Shown here: piece by piece, positions 23,121 through 35,100 of the stretch
How the letters are laid out: every line of letters begins with the position of its first letter
Position numbering within the stretch: the first letter of the stretch is position 1
Assembly (NCBI GenBank): GCA_038087875.1
Contig: CM075990.1
Coordinates: forward strand, 16,928,001 to 16,992,000
DNA: 64,000 nucleotides
Direction of reading: 5' to 3'
Origin: Malacoraja senta
Lineage: Eukaryota
The notes under the pieces: generated by a model
Told to the model about the DNA's origin: nothing
The model's input: only the letters and a program-made list of their open reading frames with translations
Database searches by the model: none
Translations under genes and position numbers: made by a program

Positions 23121-26100
23121 CTGTGGAGACACAAGAGGTTTAAGGCCATCAACTGCCGTGCAGCAATATTGGGTCTGGCCACATCCAGCAAGTCATAGAG
23201 CATGGAAACGCCCTTCAGCCCAACCTGTCCCACCTACCAGCATTTGGTCCACATCCCTCCATGTGCCTGAAGAAGGGTCTCGACCCAAAATGTCATCCAT
23301 TCCTTCTCTCCAGAGATGCTGCCAGTCCCGCTGAGTTACTCCATTTTATCTTCAGTTTAAACCAGCATCTGCAGTTCCTTCCTACACGTTGGGATAGTCC
23401 CTGCGTCAACTACCTCCTCTGGCAGCTTGTTCCAGACACCACCACCCTTTGTATGGAAATGTCCAGGCTACACAGCCGTCAACCCTCCCCTATTGCCATT
23501 GTCACTTCCCCAACTAAGGTACACTGACATTTGAGTTGCCATACAGCCAAGCAACAAGACACACAGCCACAGTCACACTCTAAAGAATGTTGACTTGAGG
23601 TTCCTCACCTGTATCTATAGAGATAAACAACATGGAGACAATCTGAAGTGTCCCGGCCCGAAACATCACCAATCCTTGTTCTCCAGAGATGCCGCCAACC
23701 ACAAAAATTGGAAACAGGTCCTTCAGCCCTCCCTGCCCACGCTGACCATCAAGGGGCCTGTCTCCACCCTGTATGGCCTCCTCTATGGCCATGAGTCCAT
23801 GCTGACCAACACATTAGTGCTGTTTTATCTCATTTTTCTCATCCACTCCCAGGGGCATTATACAAGGGCCAATTAAAATACAAACCCACACGTCTTTGGG
23901 AACTCACTCACAGGGAGAACGTGCAAACTCCACAGGGACAGAACCCCGCTGTGAGATAGCAGCTCTACAAGCTAGCTGTGCCAGTTAGAGTGTCATGAAC
24001 CTAGAAAAGCACAGAAACAGGCCCTTCGGCCCATCTTGCCAACCAAATTGGCACATTGGGCTAGACTGTCCTTTCTAAGTAAACCATAATAACCACATGT
24101 TGAGGCCCCACGGGGGACACAGTTGCTCAGTCATGTCAGCGTGTCGGAGTCACAGCTTTGCACGAGATACGTTTCAGACTTGACCCCTTCTACATATTGC
24201 CCACCGCTGTAAAGCTTCATAGAACGGTACAGCATAGAAACAGGCCCTTCAGCCCACCTTGCCAATGAGGATGATGCCAGGACTCGAGGGCCCTGAGCTA
24301 CAGGGAGAGGCTGGGCAGGCTGGGATTATACCTTGGAGCGCAGGAGGCTGAGGGGTGATCTTACAGAGGTGTACAAAATCACGAGGGGAATAGATTGGGT
24401 GAATGCGGAGTCTTTCACCCAAACACTGATGTGAACAAGCCTGTACACAGTAAACATCGTCAATGCATCGACACCCAGAGATGATCAGTTGCATAGGTTG
24501 TTTGTTTACCTGCATGTATGCTTGCTGGCATCTCTGAACAAGCTGGTGGAAGGCTGGCGTCCGCAGGTGAGTGTGGATGTGAGCAGGATTTAGACGCTGC
24601 AAGGCCTCCATGATTATCTCCTGCAGAACAAATGGACTCAAGACCCCTTTGGCCGCCCCCATGCAGAACTGGTAGACGTAATTCACACCTGGAGACAGAC
24701 ACAAGAGGCAGAAGGTCACTGCTCAACATTCCCAGACTAGCCACTAAACACCAACAAGTGTGACAAGTCACCCCACCTGGTAATGTTCAAAGTGTGAAAA
24801 CGCACACCTCCACATTCAGGGACAGTTTCTTCCCGGCTGTTACAGGCAACTGAACCGTCCTCTCATCAACTAGAGAGAGGTCCTGACCTCCCATCTACCT
24901 CTTTGGTGACCTCCAAGCGATCTCTAATTGGACTTTACCTTGCACTCAACGTTATTCCCTTATCATGTATCTATACACTGTAAACGGCTCGATTATAATA
25001 TTGACTTTCCGCTGACTGGTTAGAACGCAAAAGATTAAACTTGTCTCTGAGGCAGGAGCGTGTCACCTGTGGCAGGGTCAACACCTGAGTGCAGGTAGAC
25101 TGGCTCACCTGCTCGGTTCGTTTTCACTGTACCTCGGTACACGTGACAATGAACTCAACCAAGCATAGCCTGAAGAAGGGTCTNNNNNNNNNNNNNNNNN
25201 NNNNNNNNNNNNNNNNNNNNNNNNNNNNNNNNNNNNNNNNNNNNNNNNNNNNNNNNNNNNNNNNNNNNNNNNNNNNNNNNNNNNNNNNNNNNNNNNNNNN
25301 NNNNNNNNNNNNNNNNNNNNNNNNNNNNNNNNNNNNNNNNNNNNNNNNNNNNNNNNNNNNNNNNNNNNNNNNNNNNNNNNNNNGCTCTCTCTTGAAAGTA
25401 TCCAGAGAACCGGCCTCCATCCGCCCTCTGTGGCAGAGAATTCCCACAGACTCACCACTCTCTGTGAGAAAAAAGTGTTTCCTCGTCTCCGTTCTAAATG
25501 GCTTACTCCTTATTCTTAAACTGTGGCCCCTGGTTCTGGACTCCCCAACATCGGGAACATGTTTCCTGTCTCTAGCGTGTCCAAACCCTTAACAACCTTA
25601 TATGTTTCAATGAGACTCCCTCTCATCCTTCTAAACTCCAGAGTGTACAAGCCCAGCCGCTCCATTCTCTCAGCATACGACAGTCCCGCCATCCCGGGAA
25701 TTAACCTTGGGGAACCTACGCTGCACTCCCTCAATAGCACCCTTATTGTTAAAGGGTGGCAGGGAGTTAGACCCAGTGAAGATTATGGTCTTCTAGAATA
25801 GAGAGTACAGGCTTTGAGCGATGGTACACAACAATAAGCTTTTCACGGTACCTCGGTACACGTGACAATAAACTAGACTAGAAGGGACATGCACCATATT
25901 GTAACAACAGCCAAAGAGCTACTGAGAATCTGAACTAAATCAATATGAAACATTTTTCCAAATTGATAAATATTTCAATTATTTTTTGCGGTAAATCTTA
26001 GAAGTTTCCCAGAAACAAAATCAAATGATGCAGAAAAATAAATACAGAATAAATGCAGACATAAATGTTGTAATAAAAATGAATTTTCACTGTGTCCCGT

Positions 26101-29100
26101 GTCAATAATAAACGATAATGTATGTTAGTAGAGTAATGGATGGAGGGGTTGGTGTACGTACCGGAGCGGAACCTTCTGGAAAGTTCTCGGAGGCGGTGGT
26201 GTTGTGAGCCGGGGTAGCCACGCCGGCCGTCTGGGCGGTGGATGCGGCGCTGGTCACCTGCTGGACGTTGGCCGCGGTCTGGGAGCCGTGCTTGGACGGG
26301 GACTTCTGGCTGGCGGCAGGGGCTTGCTGGACGAGTAGAAGGAGCTCAGTGTCTGCGGTTTGTGGGTCTGGCTCTCCCGGTCCAACAGCTTGTCCAGAAT
26401 CTACAGGCAGAGTGTTGCACAGGGGACAAAATGTACTCACTGGTGAACAGCTGGGAATGCAACAAGGCTTCAATGGGCTGCGGGAGGGAGTGAGAGTCAT
26501 ATAGGGTCATATAGAGTTGTATAGGGGCGTATAGAGCTGTGTAGATGCGCATAGTCATATGGGATCATATAGCCTCGTATAGCGCTGTATAGGGGTGTAT
26601 AGAGCTGTGTAGATGCGCATAGTCGTATAGAGTCATATGGGATCATATAGCCTCGTATAGCACTGTATAGGGGGCGTATAGAGCTGTGTAGATGCGCATA
26701 GTCATATAGCACCGTATAGAATGTGTAGATGCGCATAGTCGTATAGGGCAATACAGCCATAAGGTGGCTAACCAGCCATATAGAGCCAGTCAAGTCATAT
26801 TGTCCAATAGAGTATTATGGTCCTATCGAACCATACAGCATGGAAACAGGCCCCAGGCCCACGCTGACCAACATGTCCCATCTACACTAGTCCCACCTGC
26901 CTGCATTTACCCTCACATCCCTCTCAACCATCCCAATCCATGCACCTGTCCAAATGTTTTTTGATAGACAATAGACAATAGGTGCAGGAGTAGGCCACTC
27001 GGCACCAACACTAATAAAATGAAAGTACATGTATAAATGTCTCTTAAACGTTGTTTAAAGCATAACATTCAACACATGAACTAGTGGCCAGAGGGTGGTG
27101 AATCTGTGGGATTCTTTGCCACAGAAGGCTGTGGAGGCCAAGTCCAGTGGATATATTTAAGGCAGAGGTAGATAGATTCCTGATTGGTGCGGGTGTCAGG
27201 GGTTATGGGGCGAAGGCAGGAGATTGGGGTTCGGAGGGAGAGATAGATCAGCCATGATTGAATGGCGAAGTAGACTTGATGGGCCGAATGGCCTAATTCT
27301 GCTCCTATCACATGATCACCATGGTACTTACTTTTTTGAGCTTGGCTTGGTCATCTTTGTAAGTGATCATGAGGGCAAGCGCGAGGTCTCCCTTTCTCTC
27401 TCCGGGTCCCTTCACATAACAAGGGGTGCTCGGCCTCACTCACCGTGGTCTTCATGCCTGACGTACACCAAAGGAGATGGAGCAAGTCTTATTACAAACA
27501 AACTTCGCTTTACAGAGCTACCACAAGCAGCGTGCTGGGGATTTAATGTAGAGATACCGCATGGACGCCCGCACATTGGCCTACTTGAGTCCATCCATCC
27601 CATCGCCCGTTCACACTAGTTCTATGTTATCCCACTTTCTCATCCACTCCCTACACGGTCGGGACAATGTACAGATGCCAATTAATCCACAACCCGGCAC
27701 GTCTTTAGGATGCAAGGGGAGTCAAGATCTAGTTTAGTGTAGTTTAGAGATACAGCGCGGACACAGGCCCTTCGGCCCACCGGGTCCATGCCGTCCAGCG
27801 ATCCCCACACACTAACACTATCCCACACACACTAGGGACAATTTACACTTACACCAAGCCAATTAATCTACAAACCTGGACGTCTTTAGAGTGCGGGAGG
27901 AAACCAAAGATCTCGGAGAAAACCCTCGCAGGTCACGGGCAGAACGTGCAAACTCCGTACAGACAGCACCCGTAGTCGGGATCGAACCACAGGATATGGG
28001 GTAAAGATGTAATGGGAATCTGAGGGATAACTTGTTCACACAAAGGGCGTGGGTGTATGGAAAGAGCTGCCGGAGGAGGTAGTTGAGGCTGGGAGTATCA
28101 CAATATTTAACAAGCATTTAGACAGGCATCATAATTTGGTAGTTGGGAGGTCAGGACAACCTGGTGAGAGGATGGTTCAGTTGCCTGACAACAGCTGGGA
28201 AGAACCTATCCCTGAATCTAGAGGTGTGCGTTTTCATTTGGAGGCACTATCTATCATAATGTTAAAGATTCATTTAGACAGGTACATGGATAGGGCAGGA
28301 TTAGAGGGATATGGGCCAAACACAGGCAGGTGGGGCTCGTGTAGATGGGGGCATGTTGGTCAGTGTGGGCAAGTTGGGCTGAAGGGCCTGTTTCCGTGCT
28401 GTACGAGTCTGTGACTCTACAACGTTGATCGCCAACGTTCACTGGGGATGGAGTTCCACTCAACCCAGAGCTGCCACAGCCGCCTCGAAGCCAAGCTCCT
28501 CGTCACCAGGCATCTCGTTGTTACGATTCCGGCTCGGGGTCTCGACCCCGTCGGCGAGACCACTGTGAAAGAGGAGCAGAGGTCAATCACGCGCAGGGTC
28601 ACCCGAGCACGGGGTCACCCACACGCGCACGGGGTCACCCACACGCACACGGGGTCACCCACACGCACACGGGGTCACCCACACGCGCACGGGGTCACCC
28701 ACACACACACGGGGTCACCCACACACACGGGGTCACCCACACGCGCACGGGGTCACCCACACGCACGGGGTCACCCACACACACACGGGGTCACACACAC
28801 ACACGGGGTCACACACACACGCACGGGGTCACCCACACACACACGGGGTCACCCACACACACACGGGGTCACCCACACACACGGTGTCACCCACACACAC
28901 ACGGGGTCACCCACACACACGGGGTCACCCACACACACGGGGTCACCCACACACACGGGTCACCCACACACACGGGGTCACCCACACACACGGGGTCACC
29001 CACACACACGGGGTCACCCACACACACACGGGGTCACCCACACATGGGGTCACTCATCCACTAGAGGTCACCCACTAGAGGTCACCCACTAGAGGTCACC

Positions 29101-32100
29101 CACTAGAGGTCACCCACTAGAGGTCACCCACTAGAGGTCACCCACTAGAGGTCACCCACTAGAGGTCACCCACACAGGCACCTGCGTACACGGGCCAATA
29201 AACTGACGAGGTGGGACTGATTACCTGGCGTACACAGGACGTCGAAGATGAAGCTGGCCAGCATGAGGGGCAGCACGGGCCTGTAGTCGCACAAGTTCCC
29301 CTCTCGCAGCTGCTCCGCCCTTTCACGGATGATGTTCATCTCAACGATCCCCAGAGGAATCTTCTTCAACAACGCACGATTTCTGATTCCTGGTACGCAA
29401 GTTTAACCTGGACGCCGGGGGGACAATGTAATGAGGACATTTACAATCAGATCACACTGTGGCTTTCTCCTCTTCTGCCACAGACGGCCGTGGAGGACAA
29501 GTCCGTGGATATTTTTTAAGGTGGGGATTGACAGATTCTTAGGTAGACAAAATGCTGGAGTAACTCAGCGGGTGAGGCGGCATCTCTGGAGCGAAGGAAT
29601 GAGCGACGTTTCGGGGCGAGACCCTTCTTCAGACTGATCTGGGGGGGGTGGGGGAGAAGAAAATAAGAGGCAGAGACAGTGGCTACTGGGAGAGCTGGGA
29701 AGGGGAGGGGAAGGAGGGAGAAAGCAAGGACTACCTGAAATTGGAGAAGTCAATGTTCATACCCCTGGGGTGTAAACTACCAAGCAAAATATGAGGTGCT
29801 GCTCCTCCAATTTTGCAGTGGGATTGACAGATTCTTGATTAGTACGGGTGTCAGGGGTTTTACGGGGACTAGGCAGGAGATTGGGGTTGAGAGGGAAAGA
29901 TAGATCAGCCATGATTAAATGGCGGAGTAGACTTGATGGGCCGAATGGTTCATATTCTGCTCCTCCCCTCCCCTCCCCCACCAGGCAGCAGGGGAAGGTA
30001 CAGAAGTGTGAAAACGCACACCTCTAGATTCAGGATCAGTTTCTTCCCAGCTGTTGTCAGGCACCTGAACCGTCCTCTCACCAACTTATAGAAACTTACA
30101 AAATTCTTAAGGGGTTGGACAGGCTAGATGCAGGAAGATTGTTCCCGATGTTGGGGAAGTCCAGGACAAGGGGTCACAGTTTAAGGATAAGGGGGAAGTC
30201 TTTTAGGACCGAGATGAGGAAAAACATTTTTCACACATAGAGTGGTGAATCTGGGGATTCTCTGCCACAGAGGGTAGTTGAGGTCAGTTCATTGGCTATA
30301 TTTAAGAGGGAGCTAGATGTGGCCCTTGTGGCTAAAGGGATCAGAGGGTATGGAGAGAAGGCAGGTACGGGATACTGAGTTGGATGATCAGCCATGATCA
30401 TATTGAATGGCAGTGCAGGCTCGAAGGGCCGAATGGCCTACTCCTGCACCTATTGTCTATGTTTCTATGTTTCAACTAGAAAGTGATCCTGACCTCCCAA
30501 CTGTCAAATTGGAGATCATTGGACCATCTTTAATCCAGATTCTGCTGGACTTTATCTTGTACTAAACAGTATACACTTAATCCTGTATCTGTACGACTTG
30601 ATTGTAATCATGTATTGATCCTTTTGCGGCATGGATACCACGCAACAAGAAATGTGTTAACTTCACTGGAATTCTCACGTTCTCCCTGTGACCGCGTGGG
30701 TTTCCTCCGGGTCCACAGGTTCCTCCCGCGGGAGACCCAAAACGTGCAGTTTTGTAGGTTAATTGGTCTCTGTAAATTTCCCCTAGTGTGTAGGGAGTGG
30801 ATGATAAATTGGGATAACATGGGACTAGTGTGCACAGGTGCTCGATGGCTGCCACGGACTCGATGGGCCGAAGGGCCTGTTTCCATGCTGAATCTTTCAA
30901 ATAATTGGTATGTCACGAAGCAAAATAAGGTATAAAGGCGAGAAAAAAGACAAAACGCAGAATCCGGTGTAACTCAGACAATGGATGACATTCTCCGAAT
31001 GTCTGAAGGGTCTCGACCCGAAATGTCATCTATTCCTTTTCTCCAGAGATGCTGTCTGAGTTACTCCAGCTTTTTTTGTCTATCTCTGGAGAACATGGAT
31101 AGGTGACGTCTTGGGTAGGGACACTTCTTGAGGGGGGAGCGGGGGGGGAAACAGGAGGGGGGGGGGGGGTGAGAGAAAGCTGGAAGAGAGGAAGGGGGCA
31201 GGCCAAACCCTGGCAGCTAATAGATGGATATAATGCTGAACAAAGGTTCATGACGAAGCTAGAACGTCTGGGCCTTGCTTACCTCCAGGGCTTTTGTTGA
31301 TGCTGGTGGTCTCTGCAGCTCCAGGGAGAACATGCCAATGCTGTAGGCCAGGTTATGTAGCTCCAGCCTCTCACTCAGGACCACCAACAGGAAGGCTGCT
31401 TTGGCCAGGGTATTGGTTGCAATCAGCGTCTGTTTGTGAGTCGAAACTTTGTTCTTCTTGCCCTAGAAGAGAAACACAACATTGGTTACAATTCAGCATT
31501 TTTCAATCAAATTCTACACCAGGCCTAGTCTAGATCAGGGGTGTCAAACTCGCGGCCTGCGGGCCGGGTGTGGCCCACAAAGGGGTCTGATCCGGCCCGC
31601 GGGATGATTTCCCCGATGCCAACGCAGCGCGATCCGGCGCGCATGAAGTCGCATTTTGCCCGTGACCTAAAATGAGTTTGACCCCTGGAGTAGATAAAGC
31701 CACCAATCATTTTTCACCGGAGTAGCTGCCTGACCTGCTGACCTTCTGCACTTTGTGTCTATCTTTGGTACAGATAAAGCCCTTTGACATACAGCCGGCT
31801 GGAGATATATTGAGCCATATAGCGTGGAAACCAGGCCCCAGGGCCTACGCAGACCAACATGCCCCATGTATTGGAGAGGGTGCTGAAGAGGTTCATCTGT
31901 ATGACGTCAGGAATGGAGATTATTGGAGAGTACCATGTCAAATGTCTTGCTGAGATCCATATAGACAACGTCTACAGATCTGCCCACAACCCTTCTCATT
32001 ACATCTTCAAAAAAACTCAATAAGCTACTCCCTCAATGCAGATCCATTCTAGTTATGCGTGGTTGTTCAAAACTCATAAAGCACATAAAATATTCCATAA

Positions 32101-35100
32101 GTTGGTGATAAAACAGAATAATAGAAAAATACATCATTTTTAGTTTAGTTTAGAGATACAGCACGGAAACAGGCCCTTCGGCCCACTGAGTCCGCGCCGA
32201 CCAGCGATCCCCACACACTGACACTACCCTACACACACTAGGCACAATTTACAATTGTACCAAGCCAATTAGCCTACAAACCTGCGTGGCTAATTAGCCT
32301 ACAAACCTGTACGTCTTAGGTGTGTGGGGAGAAAAACGAAGATCTCAGAGAAAGCCCACACAGTTCACGGGGAGAACTTGCAAACTCCGTACAGACAGCA
32401 CCCGTAGTCGGGATCGAACCGGGATCTCTGGTGCTGTAAGGCAAGTCTAAGCAGCTGTACTAAGCAACTCATTATGAGAATCATTTGACCGTCGCGGTAT
32501 TTTCTCACCTTAGTTTGTGGCTGTTCCACCTTCAGGTCGGGAGGATTGGCCAAGAGGTCCCTGGCCAGGTCGATCGCCAGTCGGCAAGCTTCATTGTTGT
32601 ATCCGTGGGCGTACAGAGCCTCTGCACAGGCAAACAGGACCTGAGGTAGAGAGGGTGACATTACACCGGCAACTGGTCTGGAATTTACACAACGCAGGTT
32701 GACATCACGGCACCACAAGCAAGGACCTTCTCCCTCTTATCCTCCACCAGAGTCTGGGAGATACAGCGTGGAAAACAGGCCCTTCGGCCCACCGAGTCCA
32801 TGCTGACTAGCAGATATGCAAAGGAGGTTTTTGTCCACACAGAGGGTGGCGAGTTCCTGAAACACGGTGTTGGGGGTGTTTCATGAGGCACATACAAAGC
32901 AACATAGAAAATAGGTGCAGGAGGAGGCCATTCAGCCCTTCAAGCCAGCACCGCCATTCATTGTGATCAAGTCAAGTCAAGTTTATTTGTAACATACACA
33001 TACAAGATGTGCAGTGAAAGTGGCAATGCCTGCGGATTGTGCAAAAACTACAGAACAGAATAGAACAGAATCAGTATTTACACGTTAGAAAATATGTTTT
33101 TACAAAGGACACAAACAATAAATTAGTCCCTGGTGAGATTGAGAGTTTCCAGTCCTGATGGCCTGTGGGAAGAAACTCCGTCTCATCCTCTCTGTTTTCA
33201 CAGCGTGACAGCGGAGGCGTTGGCCTGACCGTAGCAGCTGGAACAGTCCGTGGCTGGGGTGGTAAGGGTCCCCCATAATGTTGCTGGCTCTGGATCTGCA
33301 CCTCCTGGTGTATAGGTCCTGCAGGGGGGCGAGTGTAGTTCCCATGGTGCGTTCGGCTGAACGCACTACACTCTGCAGAGCCTTCCTGTCCTGGGCAGAG
33401 CTGTTCCCAAACCAGTTTGTGATGTTGCCAGACAAGATGCTTTCTACAGCCCAGAGAAGAAGCATTGAAGGATCCTCAGAGAGACTCTGAATTTCCTCAG
33501 CTGCCTGAGGTGGTAAAGGCGCTGCCTTGCCTTACTCACCACTGCGGCAGTGTGTGTTGTCCATGTCAGATCCTCTGTGATGTGGTCTCCCAGGTATTTA
33601 AAGCAATAAAAGGCTGATCATCTAAAATCAGTATCCCGTTCCTGCTTTCTCCCCATATCCATTGATTCCTTTAGCCCTAAGAGCTAAATCTAATTCTCTC
33701 TTGAAAACATCCAGTGAATTGGCCTCCACTGCCTTCTGTGGCAGAAAATTCCAGATTCACAACTCTCTGGGTGAAAAAGTTTCTCCACATCTCAGTCCTA
33801 AATGGCCTACCCCTTATTCTTAAACTGTGACCCCTGATTCTGGATTCCCCCAACACGGGGAACATTTTAAAGAATGTTTAAGAGACTTTTGGATAGGCAC
33901 ATGGAGATGCAGGGAATGGAGGGATATGGATGACTTGCCCTGGCATCATGCTCAGCACAGATATTGTGGGCCGAAGGGCCTCATCCTGTGCTGTAAATTC
34001 TACGCAAAATGTTCAATCTTTTATGTCATCTGTTGAATCGTTTAATGTAACACTTTAGGCATTTTTGAGGACACTTTATTGTTGCTGTGTTAGAATTTGA
34101 ACTTGCAATGCATATGTTCTTAATCCCTTAATCTTTCTGTCCAGAGATGCTGCCTGTCCCGCTGAGTTACTCCAGCATTTTCTGTCTATCTTCGATTTAA
34201 ACCAGCATCTGCAGTTCCTTCCTAAACTTATCACTGTCAGTCACAGGCTTGGCGATCGTTTCGCCGAACACCTCCGCTCGGTCAGCACTAACCAACCTGA
34301 GCTCAGCACTTCAACTCCCCCTCCCATTATGTATCCGACCCTTTCTGTCCTGGGCCTCCTCCCCCCCCACCCTACCATCAGTCTGAAGAAGGGTTTCGTT
34401 CCGAAACGTTGCCTATTTCCTTCGCTCCATAGATGCTGCTGCACCCGCTGAGTTTCTCCAGCACTTTTGTCTACCTTCTATTTTTCAGCATCTGCAGTTC
34501 CTTCTTAAACATTGTCAGTCACAGTTTAATTTATTGTCACGTGTACCGAGGTGCAGTGAAAAGCTTTTGTTGCGTGCTAACCAGTCAGCGGAAAGACAAT
34601 ACATGATTACAATCGAGCCATTTACAGTGTACAGATACATGATAAAGGAATAACGTTTAGTGCAAGCAATTCATCAGACGCAAGGAACTCATATTGAAGA
34701 GTAAAGGGGAAATACCTCCATTCGATTCTCCTGATCGAGGGGCTTCAATCCCGCGAAGATGTCTTGTTCCTCTTCATTGCACTCCTCTGGTTTTTCCTCC
34801 CCTTGGGCCACTTCCTGGGGATTGAGGTAATAGACCTGGTAGTCATCGTCCCCGGCGATGGGCCCGTCTGAAGCCTCTGTGTGTAGCCGCTTGGGCAAGA
34901 GTTCGGACGGAGGGAGGGCCGCCTGCTCCCCATTGCTGGCTCCGTCCGCCTGCTTGCCGCTCGGCCTGTTGGTGGGGCCCGCTGCTGGTGTCCTGCTCGT
35001 AGCTCTCGGGGAAGAAGCCCTCGGTCTCATCGGGGTACAGGTCCTTGTAGCTGTTGGCCCCCGGGTCGTCGAAGTCGAAGGTGTTGCAGGCCTCGGCGCC

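Noticed and set aside
25103..25120. Donor-like GAGCAG|gtgagc on the minus strand as the end of a missing ZSWIM8 exon
   Set aside because: The sequence upstream of it on that strand is a LINE 3' tail with no ZSWIM8 homology.
25089..25592. ORFs spanning X runs
   Set aside because: They are artefacts of translating the N gap.
26319..27395. Compensating +1/-1 frameshift pair giving a real alternative-frame segment
   Set aside because: The shifted frame reaches TGA about ten codons after the +1 site (...TTA CAA AGA TGA).
28448..29092. 214-aa His/Thr/Gly-rich ORF
   Set aside because: It is a translation of the minisatellite, antisense to ZSWIM8.
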